NCBI GenBank assembly: GCA_963750165.1
Contig: CAVVPN010000011.1
Coordinates: 384,001-448,000 of the forward strand
Reading direction: 5' to 3'
DNA from: an uncultured Gemmataceae bacterium
GTDB taxonomy: Bacteria > Planctomycetota > Planctomycetia > Gemmatales > Gemmataceae
DNA: 64,000 nt
A model generated the notes under the pieces. It worked only from the letters and a program-made list of their open reading frames with translations. It was not told where the DNA came from and did no database searches. Below are positions 43,150 to 54,076 of the stretch, one piece after another; within the stretch, counting starts at the first letter, position 1, and every line of letters starts with the position of its first letter. Made by a program: the position numbers and the translations under genes.

Positions 43150-44790
43150 TCACTTGCGCTTTCGTTGGGTGATGACATTCGGCGTCCGCTGCGGGATGGA
43201 GAGCAAATCGTCGGCATAGTAAAGCAGGAAGCGATCCCCCAGCGCTGTTTCCAGCGTGTACCAGGCGTCATGCGAAATCGGGTTGCCGTGCAGCACCAGG
43301 TTGCAATCGTCCGGCAACGCCTCAAGGAACGCCAGCGCCCCGGCAGCCTTGATGCGATTGTGCCCCAGTTGCAGGATGCGCAGCCGCGGCAGAGCTGCTG
43401 CGGCCAGGGCCTTCGCCCCCTGGTTGGATAGCTGATTGGCGTGCAGAATCAGCAACCGGAGATCCTTGAAGTGGCCGGACCGGGCCAGGGCCATCGCGCC
43501 ACGGTCGTCAATCTGATTATCGCCCAGGTCCAGCCGCATCAAACGCTGGATGCTGGACGATCGGGCCAGGGCGGTGAGGCCGGTCGAGGTCACCGCGGTC
43601 GCCGTGAGCCGCAGGTCCAGCAGATTGCGGAAGGCGTCCGTTTCGGCCATCGCAATCAGGGGTTCGTCACCCAGGGCGTTGCGGCTCAAATCCAGGTGGA
43701 CGAGGCTGCCAAGCGTCCGCGGCTTCGCGAGTGCCGAGCCGCCTGTCGGACCAATCCCGCAGCGCAGCAACCCCAGATACTGGAGCCGGCCCAGGTGCGG
43801 AGATCGGCCCAGCGCCGCCGCGCCTGCGTCACCGATTCGCGCATTCCAAAAATGCAAGATTTCGAGGCGGTCCAGCTTCGCACAGTCTGCGAGCACTTCC
43901 GCCGCCGTCCCGGTGATCGGATTGTCACCGAGATCGAGGTGCTTCAGTCCTGCGATGCAGTCCGCGCGGCAAAATGACCTCACCCCCTCGTCGGTGATCG
44001 CTGTGCCGTAAAAGACGAGTTTTTCAAACCGGTGGGGGGAATCCGCCAGCGCACGCATTGCCTCGTCGCCCACGGTGCAGTGGTTGTGGCCGACCGTGAG
44101 ACAGCGCAGCCTGGGCAGTGAACGCGATTGCGTGACGGCCCGGAAGCCGGCCGGCCCGACGTTTGTCACGGACAGGTCCAGGTCTTGAAGATTGGTCAGG
44201 AAGGGCGATTCGGCCAGGGCGATGGCCCCCGCATCACCGAACCAGTTGTCCGACAAGTTGAGCGTCTCGACGTGCACCAGCGCCGGGCTCGCGGCCATGG
44301 TCTTGACGTGATCGTCGGCAAGCTGGAGCCCATTGAGGTTGTACTGTTTTACCCGCCCGGTCAGCGGGGAGTATAACCAATCGCACAACCGGTCCCGGAA
44401 TTCCTGCCAACCGAAGTCGATCGATTCAATCGGATAACGCTCCAGCAGTTCCTGGCCGTGTGACAACCAGTCGGAGAGGTCACAACGGAGGATCGACGGC
44501 ATCCCCCGGCGATAGCTCTGGTAACGTGCCGTGTCATGAACCTTTCGAGCCCAGGCGGGCAGGTCATCGTCCCAGCGCTCCGGGTCACGTTCAATGATCT
44601 GCTGCCAGCGCAGGTGTGCGCAGAAAACCCGAGCGTCCCACCAGGGCAACCGGTCCAGCGCGATTTGCGTCCGAATAAACTCGGCCCGGTCCGCGTCGCC
44701 GTGTTCTTCGAGCCAGTCGGCGTAAACCAGGCGGACGCGGTCATCCTGCGGGGAGGCACGGATCGCCTCCAGGAACGCCTCGTCGTCCAC
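43150..44790 (-). CDS. TIGR02996-domain leucine-rich-repeat protein
   Basis: AFLEAI...P.DD..RLVYADWLEEHGD..RAEFIR.Q followed by many L..L.L..N.IGD.GA.ALA repeats. Confidence 0.92.
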   Translation of the reverse strand: MDDEAFLEAIRASPQDDRVRLVYADWLEEHGDADRAEFIRTQIALDRLPWWDARVFCAHLRWQQIIERDPERWDDDLPAWARKVHDTARYQSYRRGMPSILRCDLSDWLSHGQELLERYPIESIDFGWQEFRDRLCDWLYSPLTGRVKQYNLNGLQLADDHVKTMAASPALVHVETLNLSDNWFGDAGAIALAESPFLTNLQDLDLSVTNVGPAGFRAVTQSRSLPRLRCLTVGHNHCTVGDEAMRALADSPHRFEKLVFYGTAITDEGVRSFCRADCIAGLKHLDLGDNPITGTAAEVLADCAKLDRLEILHFWNARIGDAGAAALGRSPHLGRLQYLGLLRCGIGPTGGSALAKPRTLGSLVHLDLSRNALGDEPLIAMAETDAFRNLLDLRLTATAVTSTGLTALARSSSIQRLMRLDLGDNQIDDRGAMALARSGHFKDLRLLILHANQLSNQGAKALAAAALPRLRILQLGHNRIKAAGALAFLEALPDDCNLVLHGNPISHDAWYTLETALGDRFLLYYADDLLSIPQRTPNVITQRKRK

Positions 44791-44858
44791 GGCTGCCCTC
44801 AATGAACAACGCGGCACCGGCTCGGTGCCGGCGCCGCGGGTTTGGGAAGAAGCCGCTC

Positions 44859-47243
44859 TCACAGCTTCACGTCGATCCGCGCCCAGTACAGCCGCTGGCG
44901 GTCGCCGGTTTGATAGACGTGCTCCAGCAGCAGCCCCAGGTTCGGCGTCACCTTACGCATCGCCGTGATGCGGTTGACATGCACCGTCACCTTGGTCTCG
45001 GCGCCCTTCTCGTTGTACGCCAGCATGCCCGGCCCCAACCAGATGGTCACATCCGGTACGCCCGTCGCGATCACGGAAATGGTGTTGTCCTTGCTGATGC
45101 TGCCGCGCAGCGTCGCCGGCGTCGTCGCCTGCTGCCAGACGCCCACGCCTGCCTGGTTCTGGCAGCGCGGGTCCGGCCCCGACGGCGTCGCCAGCCAGTA
45201 AAAGCGGTTGTCCGTCGGCCGCATCGTCTTGAACTCCTGTTCCCGGATGCCCACCTCTCGCGCCGGGTTTGCCCGTCGTTTGCGGCTCATCCAGTCCATC
45301 AGGTACTTCGGCTCGCCCTCGAACATTTCCATCGCCCGGCCCTTGTACTCCACGTGCAGCACTGGATAATTGCAGCGCACCCAGTCCTTCAGCAGCGCCT
45401 TGGTGAACTTGCCCGCCTCGCCGCTGCGCTCGCCGTTGACCACGTAGAACGGCAGGTACTGGGCGTTGGACCAGTAGCGGAACGCGAAATATTTGGGCGG
45501 CGCCGCCATCGGCATCACCCCCGCGAACTGATCCGGGTGCGACAGCCCCACGTCGAAAGCCATGCGGGCGCCCTCCTCGGAGCCGAACAGCAACACCCGA
45601 TCCGAGTCCACCGCGAAGCGCCGCCGCAGATCGCGCAGACAGTCCAGCACCGCCGCGTGCTCGCGCTCCGAGTAGGTGTAAAACTCGCGTTTGCCGAGCC
45701 ACGCCGGCGCCGCCAGGATGAAGCCGTACTTCGCCGCCAACTTTTCCCAGCGTTTCAGCGACTCCTTCGGCGTTTCCGCGGTGTTGTGCAGCACGATCAG
45801 CACCGGATACGTCCGGCCGACGTGGCGGTAGTCCGGCGGCAGCTGCACGAAATAGGGCTCGCGCAGGCCGCCGGCGCGCTCGGCCTCGACCTTGAACGGC
45901 TGCGGCTCGTCGAGCTTGTCGAACGGCTCCGGCGGCAGCAGCAGCAGCGCCCGCGCCGCCACGTCTGGCCGCAGGCCGAGCTTCTGCATCGCCACCAGCT
46001 TGTTATCCCGCGTCAGTTTGTCATCGGCCCGGAGGTAGTCCAGCAGCAGTTGCCGCGCCTGCCACAACTCGCGCGCCGCCGACACCTTTTCCTCGGCGGC
46101 GCCGTTGCCGAGCACCCAGCCGGTGACCGCCAGCGACAGCAGTTGCTCTGTCGATTGATACTTCGGCTTCTGCTTGTTCTTCAGCGCCAGATCGAACGCC
46201 GCCGCCTGACTCAGAAACACCTCCAGCCGGCCAACTGTGTCCTCGTTCAACTCGTCGATGATCTCCCGCCCGGCCTGCTTGAAGAACGCCTCGTTGACCT
46301 TGCGCGCCGGCAGCCGCCCCAGCTGATGTTTCGCCTGCGCGATCTGCCTGTCCAGTTCCTTGTATTTGGTCCTGATCTCCAGCACCTTGTTGATGGACTG
46401 GTCGCCGGCGTCGGCCTCCATTTTCTCCTCGGCGTAGCGCTTCAGCCCGGCCCGCACGACGCTGTGCTGCCCGAGCTTGGCCGCCTTTTCGAGGTCCTCA
46501 ATAAACTGCAACGTCCGGTATTTTTTCAGGGCGTCCTGTAATTCGCCCAGGCGAGTTTTCTCCTGACGAAAATCCTTCAGGGCGCCTTCCAACTCGCGCT
46601 CGGCGGCATCGGTCCAGCCAGCCTGCAGCAGGAAGCGGTACACGGTCATCGTCCGATCAAATTTCTTGTCGTACTTCTTTTGTGTGGCCAGGTATTCGTA
46701 GAGCAGCCGCCGCACCTTCTCCGGGCCGAGTTCGTCGGGCAGGTACGACGACTTCCAGTCATACTCGCGCGTGGCGACCTTGATGTACTCCGGCGAGAAC
46801 GAGTAGATGTATTGCTTCATGTCCAACTTACCGATCGAGGTCTTCAGGGAAATCTTGCGCTCCCAGTTGCTGGCCTGCCAGGGGAAGGCCTCCTCGATCT
46901 GCCACGAACTGGGCAATTCCATTGAGGGACGCCCCGGGGTCTTCCAGAAGCGTACCTGATCCTTGCGCTCAGGGGCTTTCACCAGGTCGTTGACCTGGCG
47001 GGGGCTGAAGATGATGTTGCGCACGGCGTCTTCCACGTGGTAGAAGCCGTTGGGCACCGAGATGCGGACCATGGTCTTCGACGCCGGATCGACAATGTAG
47101 GTGTTGTCGCGTCGCAACCGGCCCTCGACGATGAAGCCGTCCTTGAACTGGACGAGCTTGTAGTCGGATTGGGCCGCCGCCGGAGGCACAGACGCCAGGG
47201 CCGCCACAATGACGCACAGCAGAGCGGTAGACCGCGAACGCAT
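44859..47243 (-). CDS. Secreted protein with C-terminal alpha/beta-hydrolase (esterase/peptidase-like) domain
   Basis: Signal peptide; YFVQLPPDY..YPVLIVLH, VDSDRVLLFGSEEGA, HPDQFAG, PFYVVNGE. Confidence 0.75.
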   Translation of the reverse strand: MRSRSTALLCVIVAALASVPPAAAQSDYKLVQFKDGFIVEGRLRRDNTYIVDPASKTMVRISVPNGFYHVEDAVRNIIFSPRQVNDLVKAPERKDQVRFWKTPGRPSMELPSSWQIEEAFPWQASNWERKISLKTSIGKLDMKQYIYSFSPEYIKVATREYDWKSSYLPDELGPEKVRRLLYEYLATQKKYDKKFDRTMTVYRFLLQAGWTDAAERELEGALKDFRQEKTRLGELQDALKKYRTLQFIEDLEKAAKLGQHSVVRAGLKRYAEEKMEADAGDQSINKVLEIRTKYKELDRQIAQAKHQLGRLPARKVNEAFFKQAGREIIDELNEDTVGRLEVFLSQAAAFDLALKNKQKPKYQSTEQLLSLAVTGWVLGNGAAEEKVSAARELWQARQLLLDYLRADDKLTRDNKLVAMQKLGLRPDVAARALLLLPPEPFDKLDEPQPFKVEAERAGGLREPYFVQLPPDYRHVGRTYPVLIVLHNTAETPKESLKRWEKLAAKYGFILAAPAWLGKREFYTYSEREHAAVLDCLRDLRRRFAVDSDRVLLFGSEEGARMAFDVGLSHPDQFAGVMPMAAPPKYFAFRYWSNAQYLPFYVVNGERSGEAGKFTKALLKDWVRCNYPVLHVEYKGRAMEMFEGEPKYLMDWMSRKRRANPAREVGIREQEFKTMRPTDNRFYWLATPSGPDPRCQNQAGVGVWQQATTPATLRGSISKDNTISVIATGVPDVTIWLGPGMLAYNEKGAETKVTVHVNRITAMRKVTPNLGLLLEHVYQTGDRQRLYWARIDVKL

Positions 47244-47432
47244 GGCCAGGGCTCCTTTCGAGCGCGGGCAGCCTTGCACCAACCGGACAGGCTGCCGGCC
47301 TGAAACCTCCCCCGCGAAGTACGTTCTTTATTGTGACCGAATTGGCGCGGCAGTCAAGGAACAGTTGCGGCGCGGCGGCGGACGCGCCACAATAAGGGCA
47401 ACGGAGAGAAACCGACCCCGCGCGAGGCAACC

Positions 47433-47906
47433 ATGCCGATCCGGTTTCGCTGTGCCTATTGCAATCAGCTCATGGGCATCGCCCGTCGCAAGGCGGGCAA
47501 CGTCGTCCGCTGTCCCACGTGCGCCGGCCAGGTCATCGTGCCCACGCCGGGCGCGGCCGAGCCCGAGCCGCCGCCGCCGCCAGCGCCGCAGCCGGTCAAG
47601 GGTCCGTCCCTGTTCGAGCAGGGTGACTTCGACCGGGACGTGCTGAACAACCCAACGGCCGGCGCCCGGGCGCCGCGGCGCAACGGCCCCGGCAGTTCGC
47701 CGTCACATCCAGCACGGCCGTCGCGCAACGACGCCATCGATGTGGAACCGGTGAGCATGCCGCTGGCGATGGGCCGGGCGGCACAGGAGTCCGGACTGCA
47801 CCTCAGCACGGCCGCGGCGGTCGGGTTGGGCCTCGTGGTGGTGTTGCTGATGGGCCTGGCGTTCTTCGCGGGGTTGGTGCTCGGCAAAGCGGCCGGCGGC
47901 GCATGA
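47433..47906 (+). CDS. Zinc-ribbon protein with C-terminal TM anchor
   Basis: MPIRFRCAYC...VRCPTC; Pro-rich linker; C-terminal TM. Confidence 0.8.
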   Translation: MPIRFRCAYCNQLMGIARRKAGNVVRCPTCAGQVIVPTPGAAEPEPPPPPAPQPVKGPSLFEQGDFDRDVLNNPTAGARAPRRNGPGSSPSHPARPSRNDAIDVEPVSMPLAMGRAAQESGLHLSTAAAVGLGLVVVLLMGLAFFAGLVLGKAAGGA

Positions 47907-47969
47907 AAAAGCCGGCGACGCTTTCGGTGGAAGTCGTCGCCGGCCACAGGAGGTTTTCATCTCAGGCCT

Positions 47970-48239
47970 TCACGCTCCGCGGCGCGGCCGGCGGTGACGC
48001 AGCGTGAACAGCAGTTGGTTCAGGGCGGGGGTGTCCAGGTCCGACCCCTGGAGGGCCGCCACCTGATGGTCGCCAAAGTACAGGGCCAACTCCCCGTCAT
48101 CGTGCGTCACCAACCACGGATCGCCGTTCAGCCGTGGGTCCAGCAGCGACAGCCGCTGGAGCCGAATCGGCCGCGGACGGGCGCCGCTCATGGGCTTGCG
48201 GCGCAGAATCCGCAGGTTGGAAGGGGGAGAGTTTACCAT
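47970..48239 (-). CDS. Small hypothetical protein
   Basis: Coding-like ORF; start uncertain. Confidence 0.4.
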   Translation of the reverse strand: MVNSPPSNLRILRRKPMSGARPRPIRLQRLSLLDPRLNGDPWLVTHDDGELALYFGDHQVAALQGSDLDTPALNQLLFTLRHRRPRRGA

Positions 48240-48621
48240 CGTCTGTACCCTGGTGGGTCTTTCCAGTTTCACTCTTTCCACTTATCAGCGAATTTAATGC
48301 CAATCCGTCTTCTCCAGGTTACTTGCGTCGCAAGTTTATGCGAAATAGCAGTTTCAGCGACAGGATGGCAACGGGGTCAGCGGAGCGAATGGGGCGCTGC
48401 GGTTGCGGTTTTTTCCAACAGGCTTGTGTGATTGTGCAACAAGCGTTTGCTGTGACCGGTTACGCGGGCAAATGGATCGAACGAGGGTGCATCTCCGAAG
48501 TAGGTGGGTAGGAAAAGGAGGGTGTGCCGCTGCTTGGCCGCCTGTCGAGCCGTTTGCACCTGCAAGCGATTCCAGCAGGGCGGCCAAGCAAGTGGCACAC
48601 GCAACTACACCTCTGCCTACC

Positions 48622-49205
48622 TGGAGGGGCGTGCCCACCGCATCACGCGGCCGACGGCCCTGCTCATCGACAAGTCCGGGTCAATGGACTCGGCCATTGA
48701 ACTGGGCAAGCGCATCGGCGCGCTGCTATCGGCGGTGTACGAGGAGCGGCTGTACGTTTACGTCTTCGACACGATCGCGTATCCGATCGAGGCGGCGGGT
48801 ACGGACCTGGCCGGCTGGGAGCGGGCGCTGGCGGGCGTGAAGGCGGGCGGCGGCACGTCGGTCGGCGTGGCGGTCGAGGCGCTGCGGCTGAAGCGGCATC
48901 ATGTCGAACAGCTGATCGTCGTCACGGACGAGGGCGAGAACACGCCGCCGCTCTTCGTGGACGCGCTGGCGAAATATCGTCGGGACGTGAAGACGGAGCC
49001 GAACCTGTGCATCGTGCGCACGCCCGGCGCGGGGCAGCAGCTGGAGGAGGCGTGCCGCAAGGCGGGCCTGGTGGTGGACACGTTCCAGTTCACCGGCGAC
49101 TACTACGCGCTGCCGAACCTGGTGCCGCTGCTGGCGCGGCCGTCGAAGCTGGAAATCCTGATGGAGATCATGGAGTATCCGCTGCCGACGCGCAAGACGT
49201 TGTAA
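48622..49205 (+). pseudogene. vWA-domain protein fragment (possibly the C-terminus of a TROVE-like protein), no clear start
   Basis: MIDAS LLIDKSGSM, GGTS, VVTDEGEN; coding-like GC begins only at about 48622. Confidence 0.6.
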
Positions 49206-49854
49206 CCGTCCGGCTCACGTCCGCCTCCAGCAGGCAGCCGAACTCACGCGGGAAATCGACCGACACACGGGCATGGACCGCCCCCTGTCGGTCGAGGAAG
49301 CGCTGCCGGCCCTCCAGGGCGAAGACGCCCTCGTGCCAGATGTTCGGATGGATGTAAAGGCCCCGGGAGCCGTCGAACAGGAAGCAGACGAAATCCTCTG
49401 GCCGCACGTCGTCGCCCGGTCGGGCCAGCGGCACGGCAAACGGCCGCCGGTCGAGCGGGAAGAACAGCTGGCCGCCGTCGGGGTGATAGTTGGCGTGCCA
49501 GAGCAGCAGGCGCTGCGGGGTGCGAGAGTGTGCCTCGCTGGCCTGAGCCGGTTCGACCGCGTAGGCCAGGATGTAACGGCCGCCGACAGCCTCGTTGCTG
49601 CCGTAGAGCACGTCGCCTCGCCACTCGCTGACGAAGACGCCCTCGGTGGTGCCGCCCTCGTCGCCGCTGTCCGGATCGACCGGCCGCCAACCCTGCGCCG
49701 GCCAGCGCACGATCTCGACGCGGACGGCGTCCGGGCCGTCGATCAGGCAGCCAAAGCCCGCGAGCGCGGCCGGCGTCGCCTCGATCAGCGGCATCGCCAC
49801 GCGCCGCAGGCCCGGCGGCACATTCGGGTTCAGGTAGTCCGGTGCGTCGGCCAT
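49168..49854 (-). CDS. Ureidoglycolate lyase-like cupin protein
   Basis: LIEATPAALAGFG, NYHPDGGQLFFP, GLYIHPNIWH. Confidence 0.75.
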   Translation of the reverse strand: MADAPDYLNPNVPPGLRRVAMPLIEATPAALAGFGCLIDGPDAVRVEIVRWPAQGWRPVDPDSGDEGGTTEGVFVSEWRGDVLYGSNEAVGGRYILAYAVEPAQASEAHSRTPQRLLLWHANYHPDGGQLFFPLDRRPFAVPLARPGDDVRPEDFVCFLFDGSRGLYIHPNIWHEGVFALEGRQRFLDRQGAVHARVSVDFPREFGCLLEADVSRTVTTSCASAADTP

Positions 49855-49865
49855 ATCCACCTTCC

Positions 49866-51094
49866 TCACTCGCCGAAACGGAGCAACTCACCGCCACCTG
49901 CGCTCAGCCGGAACGCGACGGCGCCGTCGCGCACCTCCAGCGGCTGCCAGCGGCCCGCCTGGCGGTCGAAGCGGCTGACTGCGCCGGGCCGGGCCAGCTT
50001 CAGGGACACGTCCTGCGCCGCGTAGGCGTTGTGGTTCGCCAGGAACACAAGGTTCTGTTGCTTCGCGTTCTTGAACACGCCCAGGACGAACTCGCCTGAG
50101 AGCGGTTGCAGCCAAAAATCCTTGGGGAACGCCCGCCCCGCGAGGCCGCCGGGCGGATTGCCCTTTTCCCTGTCCGGCAGCGGGTCGTTGTTGCACGACT
50201 TCGTGATCGGCGTCGAGTAGATGGCCGTCGGCAGTCCCAGGGCGCCCAGTTCGCGGGCCAGCGGCAGGATTTCGCGATTGACTTTGATGATGTCGCGGCC
50301 GCGCTCCGTCCACTGCAAGGTTTTGGCGTCCATCAGGTCAGTGGCGAGGAACCAGAGAATCCCGCGGAGACCGCAGGCCAGGCCGGTGTTGGCGGAATAC
50401 AGGCCGCGGTTGAAATTGCCCTTGCCCGCCTGGCCCGACGTGGCCGACAGCCAGGTATAGTACACGGCGTTGCGCTCGCGCGCCCAGTTCCAGTACGCCA
50501 GCAGGTGCGGGAAGTGCTGGCCAACGCCGCGCTTCCAGTGGAAGTCGTAGTAGCCCAGCACGTCGGCGTTGGTCAGGTGGTTCATGCCGATGGTGCGATA
50601 GGTGCCGCTGTAGGCTGGGTGCGTTGGGTCCCACTGCCGCACCGTGTTCACGTCGCGCTTGCGCCCGGGCCGGTCTTGGCGAAGGTGTCGCTCCAGAGAT
50701 GGTAGCCCCAGACGGCCGTGTCGCCGCGCAACTTCGCACACACCGCCTGCGCCTTGTCGGCGCTCTTGTAGACGTGGTGCTGGTCCGCCAGCAGATCGAC
50801 CATCATCTTGACGCCGTGCTTGCGGCACAGCTCCAGACGCGGCGCGGTGCAGGTACACTGGATGGTATTGAAGCCGGCCGCCTTGATGGCACTCAGCAAT
50901 TTCTCGAACTGGGCGTCGTCTTGCGGCATCCGGTCGCCGCCGTAGCCGAAGGAAAAGACGATGGCCAGTTCCGCCGGCCGTGGGGCCCGCTGTTTCTCCA
51001 GCCTGGCCGGGTCCGGCTGCGCCTGCGCCGGCACGGCGGCGGCCAGAGTCAGCAGGAGCGCGTGGAGGATGTGCCGCACGAGTCGTGGGGGCAT
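49866..51094 (-). CDS. Secreted glycoside-hydrolase-like TIM-barrel protein, frameshifted near 50665
   Basis: Signal peptide; IKAAGFNTI, CRKHGVK, AVWGYHLWSD then DPTHPAY..YDFHW in the next frame. Confidence 0.6.
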
Positions 51095-51153
51095 CGTTTG
51101 TCCTTTCAAGACTGTGTGAGCGCTCATCCGAAAGCGCCCTGGATTTTCGCGGT

Positions 51154-51216
51154 TGGTCGGAGCCCGAGCGCAAGCGCGGGGCAGCGCTGCCCGCGCTGGC
51201 GCTCGGGCTCCGACCA
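51154..51216. repeat. REP-like palindrome family A, copy 3
   Basis: Same arms as 29561 and 36711. Confidence 0.85.
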
Positions 51217-51224
51217 GAAACAAG

Positions 51225-52897
51225 TCAGCGCCGCCGGGCCCGCCACACCTGGCCCTCGGTCCGCTTCTCCCATACGGTCTGGCCCTGCCGATTGACCTCG
51301 ACCACGCGCTGGCCTGGCTGGCTGGAAATCAGCGTGTTGCCGTTGGGCAGGCGCGTAGCGTGGTACGCCCCGAGCAGTGCGTACTCCCAGACCGCCTTGC
51401 CCGCCGCGTCGTACTCCACGGCCCGGCCCGGCGACGCGTGCGCCACGAGAAAATGGCCGCCCGGCAGCCCCTCGACACTGGAATGGCCCTCGCCGCCGAC
51501 GTTGTGGGTGTGGACGGCCTTGCCAGTAGCGGTGTCCACCTCGTAAACGCTGCCGCGGCGCGTGACCACCAGGGCCCGGTTGCCGGCAAGTTTGTGGCCG
51601 CCGTAGATGCCGTGCCCCGGACTGACGCCGTTGGCCCGGAGGTCGTGGCGATAGAGCACCTTGCCGTCGCGGTTGACTTCCAGGATGCCGGTGTAGACGG
51701 TGATGAATGTGTTGCCGTTCGCCAGGCGCTGGCAGGTGACGGGCGGCTGGTCCAGGTTGAACTGCCGTAGCACCTTGCCCTGCAGGTCGCGTTCGGTGAC
51801 GCGGCGGCCGGTGTACTCGGCGATGAGCACGCGGTTGCCGGGAAGCACCTGGGCGTCAATGGGGCCCGCCAGGTTGGTGATTGCCCAGCGCACCTTGCCG
51901 TCGCGGCCGCACTCCCACACTTTGCGGGCGTGCATTTGCGCGAACACGGTCAACCCCAGCTGCTGCTGCCCTGGCCGCACGTTGGCGAGATTGACGCTGT
52001 CCCCGTGTTCGCGCCACCAGGTGTCCCAGGCGTTGCGCTGCTTCTTGCGGGCGGCAACGCTGCCGTCGCCGCCGCCGATGGTCGGCGCCGCGTCGCCGGC
52101 GATGCGCAGGAGCAGTTCCTCGGCCTGCCAGGCAAGTTCGGGCGGATTCGCGAGGAGTAGCTCGATGAGTGGCGGCACAGCCGCCGGGTCGCGGCCAGCG
52201 ACCAGCGCCTGGGCGGCGCGGAGGCGGACGCGCGGGTCATCGTCTTTCAGGAGCGGGCGGACGGTGGCGCGCACAGCCTTGTCCGCGTGGCGGCCCAGCA
52301 CAAAGGCGGCGCCGGCACGGCGGGCCGCCCGGGAATCCGCGAGCGCTTTCTTGAGCGCCGGATCGGCCGCGGTGTGCGGCGGGCAGAGGGCGACGAGCGC
52401 AGCCAGCACCTCGTCCTCGACGCGGTCGTCCTCGGCGAAGGGAAGATAGCGCAGCAGGACGACCGCGGCCCCGGCGGGGCGGAGGCGGCCCACGGCGCGG
52501 GCTGCCGCAGCGGGGAGGGCCGGTCCCGGTTCGACCTGGAGCGCGGCCGCGAGGTCGCCCGCGCCGGGCGAGGTCTGGGTCGGAGTGCTTGTCGCGTGTT
52601 TCCTTCAACAATGGCAGGGCGGCCGGGCCGCGCGCGAATGGCCCGGGCGGCACGGTCACGCACCGCGAACAACCGATGATTGAGTTTGGCGATGTGCTGG
52701 CGCAGCTCTTCCACGTCCTGGTCGGTGACAGTGCGCTGGCGAAAGAACTGGAGCAGGCCAGCCGCGTCGGGCTCGACCTGATGCTGACGCAGGAACTGCT
52801 CGTCCTGGCGGGCAGCCTCATCGCCGGCCGGGGACGCCGCCAGGGCAAGGCCGGGCAATAGCATCCCCAACACGAGAACCAGTCTTCCTCGTGACAT
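51225..52897 (-). CDS. Secreted HEAT-repeat plus PQQ-like beta-propeller protein, frameshifted around 52490-52640
   Basis: HEAT motifs (LLKDDDPRVRLRAAQAL) and A..LPNGNTLI / GKVVWE propeller repeats; N-terminal fragment carries a signal peptide. Confidence 0.78.
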
Positions 52898-53291
52898 CGA
52901 CATTCCTCTGGCAGGCCGGGCGAGACGTGCGCTGATTGTAGCAAGCCACACCAGCATTCGGCCAAAAAAACGCACGCCAAGGTGCAAAGCGAGCCTGCGT
53001 TTGAGAAGTGGTTCGCACCCAGGCAGATGCCGTTCCGGGGCCGGCGGAGAAAGAGCGGGAAACGGCCAACGTGGCGGGCGCTAATCAATCCGGCCGCGGT
53101 ATCTGGCTTCCTGGTAGGTCGCTTCCAGGTCGATAGCGCCGCCTTCGGAAGTCTGGCGACTTCCGCTACCCCTAACCGCTATCGCATAACGTCGAGTGGG
53201 GTCGTTACAAGCCGCCGGCTTCGCTCTTGATTCCGCTCGTTCTTCTCGCTATTGCCACGCCGACGGTGCATCATCCCAGGGAGGGGGTGCG

Positions 53292-53999
53292 ATGGTCAAG
53301 ACCTCGGATCGGTACTGGCGCTGGGCCGCCATCGCGGTCTGCGTGCTCGGCCCGCTCGTGGCGGGGTGCATCCCGTTTGTGCCGGTGCCCTATGCCTACC
53401 CCAGCGTCGAATGGACGCCGCCGGTGGATACCAAGGCCCCAAATGCGGAAGTGGTCGCGTTGCGAGTCGATGCGCTTGAAAGGCGGGGGTCCCACATCTT
53501 TTCCCCGATAACGGAAGAGCCCCAATTCACCCTGATACCGCTTTCCCAGAATGGGATTGTCCCGGTGCAGGCCACGGCGGGCGTTTCGCGTGGTTTCATC
53601 TGGAACTGCATCGCCCTAATCCATACGGGGAACGTTCACCGCACCGTCTTGGTGCGGCTGTACCGAGCCGGGTATCAGACGGTGGAAATTCGCCCGTCTT
53701 TGCTGTGCGACGAATTGGATTGGAAGCCGGCTGCCACGCCGCTTGAGCGGGAAGAAGCGATTGACCACCTGCATTACTATTCCTACCGGGACGATCCGGA
53801 CGGTTGGGATCCAGACTCGCCAACCCGGATGGGGTTTTTGAACATCCCGCCGGGTTCGACCGCGACCGAACACCGTCAGGCGTTGCTGTTCATCGCCGGC
53901 GAGTACGAGAAGCTGGCGTCCGAGGCCGGCGTCGAGCCGGAGGGCCGCACGCGCCTTTTGAAGAAAGCCGGCAACCTGAAAGACCTGGCAGCAAAATAA
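53292..53999 (+). CDS. Hypothetical lipoprotein
   Basis: Lipobox LVAGC; GGAGG RBS. Confidence 0.7.
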   Translation: MVKTSDRYWRWAAIAVCVLGPLVAGCIPFVPVPYAYPSVEWTPPVDTKAPNAEVVALRVDALERRGSHIFSPITEEPQFTLIPLSQNGIVPVQATAGVSRGFIWNCIALIHTGNVHRTVLVRLYRAGYQTVEIRPSLLCDELDWKPAATPLEREEAIDHLHYYSYRDDPDGWDPDSPTRMGFLNIPPGSTATEHRQALLFIAGEYEKLASEAGVEPEGRTRLLKKAGNLKDLAAK

Positions 54000-54060
54000 G
54001 AGGGACCCGTTTACGTTTCGCGCGGTCGGAAGGGCGCGCGAAACGTAAACGGGTCCCTCT
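53999..54060. repeat. Palindrome family B, copy 1 (possible bidirectional terminator)
   Basis: CCCGTTTACGTTTCGCGCG...CGCGCGAAACGTAAACGGG between convergent genes; related copy at 59844. Confidence 0.85.
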
Positions 54061-54076
54061 CGTTGTCCGGTCTCTC

